Positions 26,924 through 36,584 of a stretch of 64,000 bases of DNA are shown here, piece after piece. The position numbers were made by a program, and so were the translations under genes. Each line of letters starts with the position of its first letter. Within the stretch, counting starts at the first letter, position 1. Below the pieces are notes generated by a model. That model made no database searches, was not told the origin of the DNA, and saw nothing but the letters and a program-made list of their open reading frames with translations. The stretch spans positions 8,563-72,562 of the forward strand of contig CAZOQP010000002.1 in assembly GCA_964582295.1 (NCBI GenBank). The letters run 5' to 3'. This stretch comes from an uncultured Candidatus Saccharibacteria bacterium (GTDB taxonomy: Bacteria; Patescibacteriota; Minisyncoccia; Phycocordibacterales; Zambryskibacteraceae).

Positions 26924-28174
26924 ATGAAGCAGTCCCGGCTTTTTAGTAAAACCCGTCGCGAGGGTCCAAAAGATGAGGTATCAAAAAACGCCCTGCTTTT
27001 GACCCGTGCCGGATATGTCCATAAAGAAATGGCGGGGGTGTATTCTTTCCTGCCGCTTGGCCTTCGTGTGATAGAGAATATAAAAAAAGTGGTGCGAGAG
27101 GAGATGGATGCTATTGGCGGGGAAGAGCTTCACTTGTCGGCCCTTCAGGATCCGGAGGTTTGGATGAAGAGCGAACGCTGGAATGATTCCGTTCTTGATG
27201 TGTGGTTCAAAACGAAACTCAAGAACGACTCCGAGCTCGGTTTTGCGACCACTCATGAGGAGCCGCTGACGCGCATCATGCTTCAGAACATCCGCTCCTA
27301 CAAAGACCTCCCTGTTTATACATACCAATTCCAGACAAAGTTCAGGAATGAACTGCGCGCAAAATCGGGTATCCTCCGCGGACGCGAATTCCTGATGAAA
27401 GACCTGTATTCGTTCAACCGCTCACAGGAGGATCTAGATGCTTTTTATGAAAAAACAGCGGTTGCATACGAAAAAATCTGGGAGCGATTGGGGATAGGCG
27501 AGCGCACCTACAAAACTTTCTCGTCAGGAGGCGCCTTTTCAAAATGGAGCCATGAATATCAGACGATATGCGATTCCGGCGAAGACACCATTTATGTTGA
27601 TGAGAAAAAGCGCATAGCTGTCAACAGGGAAGTGAACACCCCTGAAATTCTGGAAGAGCTTGGTCTCAAGCAAACTGATCTGACGGAGAAGAAAGCGATA
27701 GAGGTCGGTAATATTTTCAAGCTAGGCACACGTTTTTCAGTACCTTTGGAGCTCAATTATCAGGATGAGGATGGTGTGATGAAGCCGGTCGTAATGGGCT
27801 CATATGGCATCGGTATTACCCGGCTCATGGGGGCATTGGTTGAAGTATTTGCAGATGAGAAAGGTATCGTATGGCCGAAAGAAGCAGCCCCTTATGAAGT
27901 ACATCTTGTATATATCCCGACAGATGATGCATCTGTAAAGCAAAAAGCCGACGATATGTATGAAAAACTTACCGCACGCGGCGTTCAGGTGCTTTATGAT
28001 GATCGAGATATCCGTGCAGGGGAGAAATTCGCCGAAAGCGATCTCTTAGGTATCCCGACAAGGGTCATCGTGAGTGAACGCTCTCTTAAGGAAGGCGAAG
28101 TTGAAGTGGTGGACAGGCAGACTGGAGAAACCAAAAAGATGCCTCTTGAAAAAGTGGCAGAAAAAATCTCGTAA
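26924..28174 (+). CDS. proS: prolyl-tRNA synthetase (no editing domain)
   Basis: THEE, KFRNELR..G.LRGREF.MKD.YSF, EVGNIF.LG, MGSYGIG. Confidence 0.95.
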   Translation: MKQSRLFSKTRREGPKDEVSKNALLLTRAGYVHKEMAGVYSFLPLGLRVIENIKKVVREEMDAIGGEELHLSALQDPEVWMKSERWNDSVLDVWFKTKLKNDSELGFATTHEEPLTRIMLQNIRSYKDLPVYTYQFQTKFRNELRAKSGILRGREFLMKDLYSFNRSQEDLDAFYEKTAVAYEKIWERLGIGERTYKTFSSGGAFSKWSHEYQTICDSGEDTIYVDEKKRIAVNREVNTPEILEELGLKQTDLTEKKAIEVGNIFKLGTRFSVPLELNYQDEDGVMKPVVMGSYGIGITRLMGALVEVFADEKGIVWPKEAAPYEVHLVYIPTDDASVKQKADDMYEKLTARGVQVLYDDRDIRAGEKFAESDLLGIPTRVIVSERSLKEGEVEVVDRQTGETKKMPLEKVAEKIS

Positions 28175-28185
28175 AAAATTCTTAT

Positions 28186-29259
28186 ATGGCAGAACGGAAG
28201 AAATTGACGCTTAGGGAAAGAATAAGGCGGTCGCTCTCAAACGACATCGGTATTGACCTTGGGACAGCGAACACGCTGGTCTTCGTGAAAGGTCGCGGAG
28301 TCGTTATCAACGAGCCGTCGGTGGTTGCTATCAACCAGAAAACCGGAGCGGTGGTGGCGGTAGGGAAGGAAGCACGTGACATGCTTGGCCGCACGCCCGG
28401 ACACATTATCGCTGTAAGGCCGGTCGTTGATGGTGTGATATCGGACTTTGAAGTAACAGAGGAAATGATCTCCTATCTTCTTTCGCGGGCGCAGGAAGGA
28501 CACAGGAAAATGCTCGGGCCGCGCGTGGTAGTTGGGGTGCCGTCGGGTATTACGAATGTGGAGATAAGGGCCGTTCGCGATGCTTGCCAGAACGCAGGGG
28601 CTAGCGAAGTGCATATCGTGGAAGAACCAATGGCGGCGGCTATCGGCATGCGCTTACCAGTGAAAGAGCCGGTCGGAAGCATGGTGATAGATATAGGCGG
28701 AGGTACTACGGACATCGCCGTCATTTCTCTTTCAGGTATCGTGCGTGCAAAAAATATACGTCTTGCGGGAGATGCTTTCAATGAGAACATCGCATCTTAT
28801 GTGCGGAATGAATTCAAAATATTAGTAGGAGAAAAAACGGCGGAGGAAGTGAAAATGTCTATCGGCTCGGTGCTTCCGGATGGGGAGTCGGCTGAAGCAG
28901 TGGTAAGAGGGAGGGATTTGGTGACCGGTTTACCGAGAGAGGTTGCTGTGACGGATGCGGATATCCGCGAGGCCATCGGTATTTCAGTCGGCAGCATAAT
29001 AGAAGGTGCGCGGGAAGTTTTGGAAACCACTCCGCCTGAAATTCTTTCGGACATCATGCACAGGGGAGTGTATCTTGCGGGCGGCGGTGCTATCTTCAAA
29101 GGATTGCCGGAACTTTTAGAGCATGAATTGAAGATACCGGTTCATGTGCCGCCTGACCCTCTGCTTGCAGTAGTTCGTGGCACCGCCGCCATCCTTGACG
29201 ATATTGATTACTGGAAAGATATTTTAATCGTCAACGAAGATGATATATCGGCCTCATAA
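28186..29259 (+). CDS. mreB: rod shape-determining protein MreB (paralog 2)
   Basis: IGIDLGTANT, EEPMAAAIG, DIGGGTTD; followed by mreC. Confidence 0.95.
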   Translation: MAERKKLTLRERIRRSLSNDIGIDLGTANTLVFVKGRGVVINEPSVVAINQKTGAVVAVGKEARDMLGRTPGHIIAVRPVVDGVISDFEVTEEMISYLLSRAQEGHRKMLGPRVVVGVPSGITNVEIRAVRDACQNAGASEVHIVEEPMAAAIGMRLPVKEPVGSMVIDIGGGTTDIAVISLSGIVRAKNIRLAGDAFNENIASYVRNEFKILVGEKTAEEVKMSIGSVLPDGESAEAVVRGRDLVTGLPREVAVTDADIREAIGISVGSIIEGAREVLETTPPEILSDIMHRGVYLAGGGAIFKGLPELLEHELKIPVHVPPDPLLAVVRGTAAILDDIDYWKDILIVNEDDISAS

Positions 29260-30001
29260 AAACAGAAAAAATACTCCGAACTTCAGAGTGGTAATCGTTC
29301 TGGTGGTTGCTCTTTGCTTGGGGTTTATTCCGTTCATCCGCAATTTAGTTATAACAGCTTACGCACATAGCGCCTGGTTCGTGCGGGAATTCACGGTCCA
29401 TACTTTAGAAAAAGTCGCTTATCCGTGGAGGGAGGACAAGTCAAATACAGAGGATGAACCCCGTCAGGAAGTGGAGAGCGCGGAGCTCTCCTTGCTTAGA
29501 AAAGAGAATGAAGACCTGAAGGAGCTTCTTGGCCGCAAACCGACAGGGGCGGCTGTCCTCAGCCGTGTGCTCCTGAAGCCGCCCCAGGCCCCCTACGATG
29601 AGCTAGTGCTTGATGTGGGGCAGGATGAGGGGGTGGCCGATGGTGCGGAGCTTTACGACAAAAGCGGGGCTATCGTCGGAGTTGTTACATCAGCTGCGGA
29701 TTCCTTTTCTAGGGCACGCCTTTTCACCTCTCCCGGCGAAACTATAGAGGCAGAGCTTCTCTCAAGCGGCATCGTACTTCCTCTTTTAGGGTATGGCGAC
29801 GGAACATTCAAAGTGGAAGTGCCACGCGGGTTCGCAGTATCCGTCGGAGATGTGTTTGTGCTCCCCGGTCTCAAGAGCCATCCGCTCGCAAGTGTTGCAA
29901 GTATTGAAGAAGAGACTGGCGGCTCTTTCAAAACAATTTTTGCTCGTGGTGTTTTTGAACCCCGCCGCCTCACTTGGGTTTTTGTAGAGACGAAAAAATA
30001 A
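29240..30001 (+). CDS. mreC: rod shape-determining protein MreC
   Basis: TM, L..EN..LK.LL coiled coil, LD.G..EGV beta domain; synteny. Confidence 0.8.
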   Translation: MIYRPHKNRKNTPNFRVVIVLVVALCLGFIPFIRNLVITAYAHSAWFVREFTVHTLEKVAYPWREDKSNTEDEPRQEVESAELSLLRKENEDLKELLGRKPTGAAVLSRVLLKPPQAPYDELVLDVGQDEGVADGAELYDKSGAIVGVVTSAADSFSRARLFTSPGETIEAELLSSGIVLPLLGYGDGTFKVEVPRGFAVSVGDVFVLPGLKSHPLASVASIEEETGGSFKTIFARGVFEPRRLTWVFVETKK

Positions 30002-30005
30002 AGAT

Positions 30006-30257
30006 ATGAGAAAAAATTATTGGTTGCGGGGTATTATTTTTGCGGGAGTTTTAATACTTTCTTTTTTCGTACCGTGGCAGCTGACGGCTCTTTTAGTAAT
30101 TCTCGCTTCTCTTGCTGTGCCATACCCACTAGAATACGCGATTATCACTATAGGGGTGTTTGGCATCGGCTTGTTATTCTATTTATTCTTGACGACGGCT
30201 CTTTTGGGCGGCTTCGTGAGGTCTCGTACTCGTATCGGAAGTCTCTTGCCGCTATAA
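30006..30257 (+). CDS. small membrane protein in the mreD position
   Basis: 83 aa hydrophobic ORF between mreC and pbp2. Confidence 0.55.
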   Translation: MRKNYWLRGIIFAGVLILSFFVPWQLTALLVILASLAVPYPLEYAIITIGVFGIGLLFYLFLTTALLGGFVRSRTRIGSLLPL

Positions 30258-30265
30258 TTGCGGGC

Positions 30266-32002
30266 ATGAGGTTTTCCTTCAAAAATTTATTCAAAAAGCG
30301 TGGTCCCGGCCACGAAATTGCTCCGGAAGAAATATTGGCGGACGCTTCAAACCTCATCCATACAGACACCGGTAACATGGAGGGACACCTTATTCTTCCT
30401 ATAGAAAGGTCCTCATACGTTCTCCTTGTTGCTGTTCTTGTGTTTTTGACCCTCTTTGCGACAGTGCGCCTTTTTAATCTTCAGGTAGTGCGCGGGCAGG
30501 AGCTCGCTAAAAGGAGCGCCACCAACTCTTTGGATAAAACGATTGTCTTTGCGAACCGCGGGCTTATTTTTGACAGAACAGGTGAAGTGGTGGCAGGAAA
30601 TGCACCAGCTCAAAGATGGAGTGAAAGAAAATATTTGCCTCTCCCCGGTCTTTCGGTTATGGTCGGATATGTGGGATATCCGAAATCAGATTCAAGCGGC
30701 AATTTATACGACACAGCACTTGCCGGACGCGATGGGCTTGAAGAATATTTTGATGATGTACTTGCCGGAAGGAACGGCACTCTCATACGCGAAACAAATG
30801 CTTTGGGGGAGCTTGTTTCTGAAAGCACTGTGGAGAATCCGCGTGATGGGGTGAACATTACTCTCTCAATAGATGCGAAAGTTACCAGCCAGCTTTTCAC
30901 AGAACTCAAGGCACTTGCGGAGGAAAGAGGGTACGCGGGCGGAGCTGGTATTGTGATTGATATAGAGACCGGAGAAGTACTCGCTCTCACTTCATATCCT
31001 GAATACGACCACCAGGTGATGGTAGATGGAAAAGATAACAATGCCATTTCGGCATTTCTCGGGAATAAGAATAATCCTTTCCTTGACCGTGCATCCCAGG
31101 GTCTTTACATCCCGGGTTCTATCATGAAGCCCTACATGGCAGTAGGTGCGCTTGAGGAGAATATTGTTGATCCGCTTAAAAATTTCATGGCGAACGGAGA
31201 GATACGTGTTCCTAATCCTTATGATCCTAAGAACCCGACTATTTTCAAAGACTGGAAAGTGCACGGAATGGTTGATATGCGGAGGGCGCTTGCTGTTTCT
31301 TCAAACGTTTATTTTTTCACAATTGGTGCCGGCTATGAGGGGCAGAGGGGATTAGGTATTTCCAAGATAGAAGAATATATGCGCATGTTCGGATTCGGAG
31401 AAAAAACTGGTATTGAAATAGATGGAGAGGAAGAGGGTAACGTGCCGAGCCCCGAATGGAAGGAGGAAACTTTTCCGGATGATACTACCTGGCGCCTCGG
31501 AGATACTTACAATAGTTCTATCGGGCAATACGGATTTTCGATAACACCCATTCAGGCCGTACGGGCGACAGCGGCCCTCGCGAACGGCGGGTTTTTAGTG
31601 ACACCTACTCTTATAAAAGATGACGAGCAAAATCAGGATCTCCAAAAAGTGCTTTCCCAAAAAGGGGTGGAGTTAAAAAGAGAAAAAGAAACTGTTCCTG
31701 TGGCCCGTGAAAATATTCGCATAGTGCAGGAGGGAATGAGAAAGGCCGTGCTTGAGGGAACCGCTTCCGGATTGAATATTCCTGCCGTCGCCGTGGCCGC
31801 CAAGACGGGTACTGCAGAGCTTGGTGTTACCAAGCAGGCCGTCAACTCATGGGTTATGGGATATTTCCCTTATCAAAATCCGCGTTATGCATTTGCTATT
31901 GCCATGGAAAAGGGGAGCCGCTCAAACACTGTGGGTGCCACTTATGCCATGCGCCGCCTTCTTGAATGGATGGCTATTTATGCGCCGGAATATTTAAAAT
32001 AA
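30266..32002 (+). CDS. mrdA: penicillin-binding protein 2 (class B)
   Basis: RGLIFDR, GSIMKP (SxxK), SSN (SxN), KTGTAE; probable start MRFSFK. Confidence 0.9.
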   Translation: MRFSFKNLFKKRGPGHEIAPEEILADASNLIHTDTGNMEGHLILPIERSSYVLLVAVLVFLTLFATVRLFNLQVVRGQELAKRSATNSLDKTIVFANRGLIFDRTGEVVAGNAPAQRWSERKYLPLPGLSVMVGYVGYPKSDSSGNLYDTALAGRDGLEEYFDDVLAGRNGTLIRETNALGELVSESTVENPRDGVNITLSIDAKVTSQLFTELKALAEERGYAGGAGIVIDIETGEVLALTSYPEYDHQVMVDGKDNNAISAFLGNKNNPFLDRASQGLYIPGSIMKPYMAVGALEENIVDPLKNFMANGEIRVPNPYDPKNPTIFKDWKVHGMVDMRRALAVSSNVYFFTIGAGYEGQRGLGISKIEEYMRMFGFGEKTGIEIDGEEEGNVPSPEWKEETFPDDTTWRLGDTYNSSIGQYGFSITPIQAVRATAALANGGFLVTPTLIKDDEQNQDLQKVLSQKGVELKREKETVPVARENIRIVQEGMRKAVLEGTASGLNIPAVAVAAKTGTAELGVTKQAVNSWVMGYFPYQNPRYAFAIAMEKGSRSNTVGATYAMRRLLEWMAIYAPEYLK

Positions 32003-32005
32003 AAA

Positions 32006-32200
32006 GTCGCTCAGATAACACCCTTTTTCAAACAGCTGCCGCTCCGGCGGTTACGAAATCATAGTCGTCTCATAACGTAAAATGGGCAACTCGTCGGCAC
32101 AATCCGCCTCCTCAAACACTCCCATTTTCCTACTCAACTCCTTGATTTCTAAAACCACCTCCCGCTTGTGTGAAAAAGGGTATTATCTTCGCTCCTTAAG
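32006..32200 (+). repeat. CGCTC-bounded long-hairpin element, copy C (different interior)
   Basis: GTCGCTC-AGATAACACCCTTTTTCA...TGAAAAAGGGTATTATCT-TCGCTCCTTAAG with nested GAAATCA/TGATTTC and AAAATGGG/CCCATTTT stems. Confidence 0.75.
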
Positions 32201-32212
32201 GATTATAACTTA

Positions 32213-32319
32213 GAGCGAGGGGTGATGACGAAAAGAGGCTGTGCAGCGCGACGGCGCGAGGGTGAGCAAAAAATCAGCAGATTTTTATGCGTACTCTTTT
32301 CGTCATCACCCCGAGCGAC
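32213..32319 (-). repeat. CGCTC-bounded branched-hairpin element, copy D (inverted, tail-to-tail with C)
   Basis: Reverse complement of copy B with one substitution. Confidence 0.9.
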
Positions 32320-32399
32320 TACTGTTTGAAAAATGCTGCATTTTGAGCGGTCTTCATTGACAGGACGCCCCTTTACTCTATAATGCCGAGGAATTAAAT

Positions 32400-32867
32400 A
32401 TGAAGGAAGAAGGCACATACCTCACCAAAGAAAAATTTGATGAGTTCAAGACGGAACTCGATCACCTTACTCATGTAAGGCGCAAAGAAGTTGCTGAAAG
32501 TTTGGAATACGCAAAAGCTTTGGGAGATCTTTCGGAGAATGCAGAGTATCACGAAGCCCGCGATATGCAGGCGTCAATTGAAGACAGGATAGCCAAACTG
32601 GAGCAGATATTGAAATCCGCCGTCATTATAAAAGACCACGATACTGCCAAGGCATCTATTGGCTCACAGGTCACCATCCGCAAGGAAGGCGAAAAAGAAA
32701 AGAAGGTCTTCACTTTGGTGAGCCCGGAAGAAGCCGATCCGCGCGAAGGCAAGATCTCTATAAAATCTCCATTAGGCGGGGCAATGTTTGAAAAGAAGAA
32801 AGGGGAATCTTTTTCCTTCAAAACTCCGTCAGGCATCATGACCTACGAAATTCTTGGTATAGAATAG
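32400..32867 (+). CDS. greA: transcription elongation factor GreA
   Basis: GDLSENAEY, ISIKSPLG; TTGACA-N16-TATAAT promoter upstream. Confidence 0.95.
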   Translation: MKEEGTYLTKEKFDEFKTELDHLTHVRRKEVAESLEYAKALGDLSENAEYHEARDMQASIEDRIAKLEQILKSAVIIKDHDTAKASIGSQVTIRKEGEKEKKVFTLVSPEEADPREGKISIKSPLGGAMFEKKKGESFSFKTPSGIMTYEILGIE

Positions 32868-32874
32868 AGAGAGT

Positions 32875-34368
32875 ATGGCTTCCATAGAAGAGATAAGAGA
32901 AGGGAGACTGGAGAAATTAAAACATCTCAACTCCAAGGGTATGAATCCGTACCCTATTTCTTCGCGCCAGGAATACACCTGCGTGCAGGCGGTAGAGAAT
33001 TTTGAAAAATTATCTCAGTCCGGAAAATCAATAAGTATGGTGGGTAGAATAATGTCTATCCGCGCCCAAGGGAAAATAACTTTCTTCCACTTTGATGATG
33101 GTACAGGGCGTTTTCAGGCACTCCTTAAATCAGGAGAGGGAATAGATGAGGAAGGTTTTGAACTTTTTGAAAGAGCTTTTGATATCGGTGATTTCATAGA
33201 GGTTAAAGGCACTTTGTTCCTTACAAAAAAAGGGGAACAAACCATTCTTGGAGAATCCGTGAAAATGCTTTCTAAATCTTTGCGTCCACTGCCTGAAAAA
33301 TGGCACGGCCTTCAGGATGTAGAAGAGCGTTTCAGAAAAAGATATCTGGATCTTGTGTCCAACCCGGAGGTCAAAGCAAGGTTCACTATGCGTTCAAAGA
33401 TCATTTCAAACATCAGGTTATTCCTAGACGAGGCGGGGTATTTAGAGGTGGAAACACCCGTTCTTCAACCTCAATACGGAGGAGCTACAGCCGAGCCATT
33501 CATTACCCACCACAACGCCATGGATATTGACCTGTTTTTGCGGATATCGGATGAGCTATATCTCAAAAGACTTCTCATTGGCGGATTTCCGAAAATATAT
33601 GAGATATCAAAAGATTTCAGGAATGAAGGCATTGATATGACCCACTGGCCGGAATTCACAATGCTTGAATATTACGAAGCGTATTCTGATGCGGAGAAGC
33701 AGAGGGATTTCGTGGAAAAAATGATGAAGTCTTTGTCAAAGATTACATCCGAAAGCGGAGTTATTAATTTTGAAGGAAAGGAAATAGATTTCAATAAAAA
33801 GTTTGAGGTCAAGAAATATTCAGACGCTATTTCTGAATTCACTGAATTAAAGGATCCTCTAAATACTCCTCATGGAGATCTTTTGAAGGAGGCCGAAAGG
33901 GTGGGGGCAAAAGTGAACCCTTCCGACAGCCCTGTAAAGATCATAGATGGAATATTCAAAAAAGCTGTCAGGCCGAATCTGTGGAGCCCTGTTTTTCTTG
34001 TTGATTACCCGATAGACTATCTGCCTCTTACCAAAAAGAAAGAAGACAATCCGAAGCTCGTAGACGCTTTCCAATTTTATGCAGGAGGGATAGAGCTTGT
34101 GAAAGCATTTTCTGAATTGAATGACCCGATAGATCAGAGGGAAAGATTCATGGGCCAGGAAAAAGTTTTAGAAAAAGGCGAGAAAGATGCTCAGCGCCTG
34201 GATGAAGAATTCCTTGAAGCTATGGAATACGGAATGCCACCGGCGGGTGGAGTGGGTATAGGCATTGATCGTCTAGCAATGTTAATGACCGACGTAAGGA
34301 ATATAAAAGAAGTCATTCTTTTCCCCACGATGAGACCTCGTTCGAAGGATCAAAACCAAGACTTGTAA
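32875..34368 (+). CDS. lysS: lysyl-tRNA synthetase (class II)
   Basis: LPEKWHGL, RFRKRYLDL, FRNEG, GMPPAGGVGIGIDRL. Confidence 0.97.
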   Translation: MASIEEIREGRLEKLKHLNSKGMNPYPISSRQEYTCVQAVENFEKLSQSGKSISMVGRIMSIRAQGKITFFHFDDGTGRFQALLKSGEGIDEEGFELFERAFDIGDFIEVKGTLFLTKKGEQTILGESVKMLSKSLRPLPEKWHGLQDVEERFRKRYLDLVSNPEVKARFTMRSKIISNIRLFLDEAGYLEVETPVLQPQYGGATAEPFITHHNAMDIDLFLRISDELYLKRLLIGGFPKIYEISKDFRNEGIDMTHWPEFTMLEYYEAYSDAEKQRDFVEKMMKSLSKITSESGVINFEGKEIDFNKKFEVKKYSDAISEFTELKDPLNTPHGDLLKEAERVGAKVNPSDSPVKIIDGIFKKAVRPNLWSPVFLVDYPIDYLPLTKKKEDNPKLVDAFQFYAGGIELVKAFSELNDPIDQRERFMGQEKVLEKGEKDAQRLDEEFLEAMEYGMPPAGGVGIGIDRLAMLMTDVRNIKEVILFPTMRPRSKDQNQDL

Positions 34369-34425
34369 TAATCCTAGCTTTATTGTATGGTATGAAAGGA
34401 ACCTTTTCTCTTACGGGAGGAGGGA

Positions 34426-34515
34426 ATGAAAAACACTTGGACTGTTTTGGTCGCCATCGGGACATTCCTGAATACATTCGTTGAAGTAGTTGTGCTCGGA
34501 AAAAGAACCCAGTAG
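34426..34515 (+). CDS. 29 aa hydrophobic peptide (not in ORF track)
   Basis: GGAGGAGG SD; MKNTWTVLVAIGTFLNTFVEVVVLGKRTQ*. Confidence 0.45.
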   Translation: MKNTWTVLVAIGTFLNTFVEVVVLGKRTQ

Positions 34516-34545
34516 TAAAAAGTATTCAACCCGACGGAGGAGCGA

Positions 34546-34713
34546 ATGCAAACATGCGCGAAGTGTGGCCGGAAAGCACGAGGGTTTGAGGAAGCTTGTT
34601 CCGGGTGTGGTTCGGCACTGATGGCGGCCACGGTGTCTGACCAAGGGGAACTACCCCCAACAAGGGAATCGGATTTGCAGCACCGGTCCGACCCGGATCA
34701 CCTATCAATTTGA
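34546..34713 (+). CDS. 55 aa zinc-ribbon micro-protein (not in ORF track)
   Basis: GGAGGAG SD; MQTCAKCG...EACSGCGS (CxxC-x10-CxxC); terminator at about 34737-34769. Confidence 0.55.
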   Translation: MQTCAKCGRKARGFEEACSGCGSALMAATVSDQGELPPTRESDLQHRSDPDHLSI

Positions 34714-34785
34714 CATCCGTACAGGATGAAGAAAATACCGCCCCGACATCGTGTCTGGGCGGTTTTTTTATTTATAAACCATAAA

Positions 34786-34861
34786 GTGGGAGGGTGTGGA
34801 TAACTCTGGGGTGTAGTGGGATAAAGTGGCATATACTTATATACAAGTGGGAAAAAGTGGG
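34786..34861 (+). promoter_or_regulatory. MraZ-binding direct repeats
   Basis: (G/C)TGG at 34786, 34796, 34806, 34816, 34826 (10-bp period) and at 34847, 34857, upstream of mraZ. Confidence 0.8.
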
Positions 34862-34882
34862 ACACCCACCAAAAAGAGAAGA

Positions 34883-35317
34883 ATGCTTATCGGAGAATTC
34901 ACTCATGCTCTCGACGACAAAAAAAGAATCTCGCTGCCATCAAGATTCCGAAAAGAAGTCGGGGCAAAAATCGTTGTCACGTACGGGCTAGATAAGTGCC
35001 TTTGGCTTTTTCCGATGAAAGCCTGGGAAAAGATTTCCGACAAGCTCGCGAATTTGGGACTGGGGCAGGGCGGTAATCGCCAATTCACCAGAGCCATGTT
35101 CGGAGGAGCGGGGGAAATAGAAGTGGATTCCGCAGGAAGGATCCTACTGCCTGAATATCTCTGCGATCATGCAGATCTCAAAAGCAAGGTGGTCTTCGTA
35201 GGAATTCACGACAGGGTGGAGTTGTGGAATGAAAGACAGTGGCTCATGCACAAGAAGGGAGCCCTCAAGCAGGCCGAAGCGTTAGCGGAAAAACTCGGCG
35301 GCTTGGGCATCCTCTAA
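34883..35317 (+). CDS. mraZ: division/cell wall cluster regulator MraZ
   Basis: MLIGEFTHALDDKKRISLPSRFR, D..GRILLP, DRVELW. Confidence 0.95.
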   Translation: MLIGEFTHALDDKKRISLPSRFRKEVGAKIVVTYGLDKCLWLFPMKAWEKISDKLANLGLGQGGNRQFTRAMFGGAGEIEVDSAGRILLPEYLCDHADLKSKVVFVGIHDRVELWNERQWLMHKKGALKQAEALAEKLGGLGIL

Positions 35318-35326
35318 ACCGCATGT

Positions 35327-36229
35327 ATGTCAGCTGAACTTGAAACCACACACATATCAGTTCTTTTACAGGAAACCATAGAACTTTTAGCGCTCGCGCC
35401 GGGCCAGACAGTGCTAGACGGCACAGCTGGGGGAGGAGGGCATGCGGAGGCCATTGCGAAAGCAATTTCACCCTCAGGCACCCTTATTGCGCTTGATGTT
35501 GATCCATATGCGCTCGAGAGAGCTGAAGCACGTCTGAAAGGTACGGGAGTAAAGCTTCTCACGGAGAATACGAATTTTCGTGAGACATCCCGAGCGCTCT
35601 CTCGTCTCGGTATCTCTCATGTGGATCGCATTCTTCTTGATCTCGGCTTCTCAAGCGATCAGATGGATTCATCCGGCAGGGGATTCTCATTCAAGGGGGA
35701 TGAACCACTCTTCATGACATTGAAGCCCAATGCGCAAACGACCGCCATGGATTTCGTGAATACAGAAAGCGAAGAGGAGATAAGGCGGGCGTTAAAAGAA
35801 TATGGGGAAGAATCTTTTGCTAGGGCTATTGCAGAGGAGATAGTGAAAACACGGAAGAACGGCATCATAAGCCGCACAGGAGAGCTTGTAGATGTGGTTA
35901 TGCGGGCGACGCCAAGCTGGTATCACAAAAAGAAGATACATCCGGCCACCAAAACCTTCCAAGCCATCCGCATTGCTGTGAACGATGAGCTAGGGGCGCT
36001 TGAAAGCTTTCTTTCTTCGGCGCCCGCACTCCTTTCGTCTCACGGGCGGCTCGCTATCATCACCTTCCATTCGCTTGAAGACAGGATAGTCAAAAAAGAA
36101 TTCGCTAAGTGGGAAGAAGAGGGCAAGGTAAAGCTCATAAATAAGAAAGTGGTAACGCCTAGTCGCGAGGAGATCCTTAAAAACCGACGGTCGAGAAGTG
36201 CGAAGCTCCGAGTGTGCGAGTTCATTTAA
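35327..36229 (+). CDS. rsmH: 16S rRNA m4C1402 methyltransferase
   Basis: H.SVLL, DGT.GGGGH, DLGFSS.Q, HPATKTFQAIRI.VN.EL, FHSLEDR. Confidence 0.97.
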   Translation: MSAELETTHISVLLQETIELLALAPGQTVLDGTAGGGGHAEAIAKAISPSGTLIALDVDPYALERAEARLKGTGVKLLTENTNFRETSRALSRLGISHVDRILLDLGFSSDQMDSSGRGFSFKGDEPLFMTLKPNAQTTAMDFVNTESEEEIRRALKEYGEESFARAIAEEIVKTRKNGIISRTGELVDVVMRATPSWYHKKKIHPATKTFQAIRIAVNDELGALESFLSSAPALLSSHGRLAIITFHSLEDRIVKKEFAKWEEEGKVKLINKKVVTPSREEILKNRRSRSAKLRVCEFI

Positions 36230-36233
36230 AACA

Positions 36234-36569
36234 ATGACAAAAGCAATTGTAGCTATACAACATTCAGTCAGGCATTCAAGAGCGTTTGGAAGCTATATGC
36301 TTGTTTTTGCGGCGGCTTTTTTGATGCTTTATGTCTCCTCCATCTTTTCCATAGTCAAGAACACAGCTATCCGCCAGCAGGCAGAGGCCGAGAGCACCCG
36401 GCTTTCAAGTGTGGTAGGGGATCTTGAATTTTCATACATCGCTCTTAAGGGAAGTATTAGCCCCGAGAGTGTTTCTGTGGCTGGCCTCTCTCCGGTTACA
36501 GAACTTTCATATGTATCACGCGCATCCCTTCAAACAGCTCTCGCCATCCCTACTTCTCGCGCGCAATAA
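36234..36569 (+). CDS. FtsL-like bitopic protein
   Basis: One TM plus coiled coil, between rsmH and ftsI. Confidence 0.55.
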   Translation: MTKAIVAIQHSVRHSRAFGSYMLVFAAAFLMLYVSSIFSIVKNTAIRQQAEAESTRLSSVVGDLEFSYIALKGSISPESVSVAGLSPVTELSYVSRASLQTALAIPTSRAQ

Positions 36570-36584
36570 TGAGATAATAGGAAA

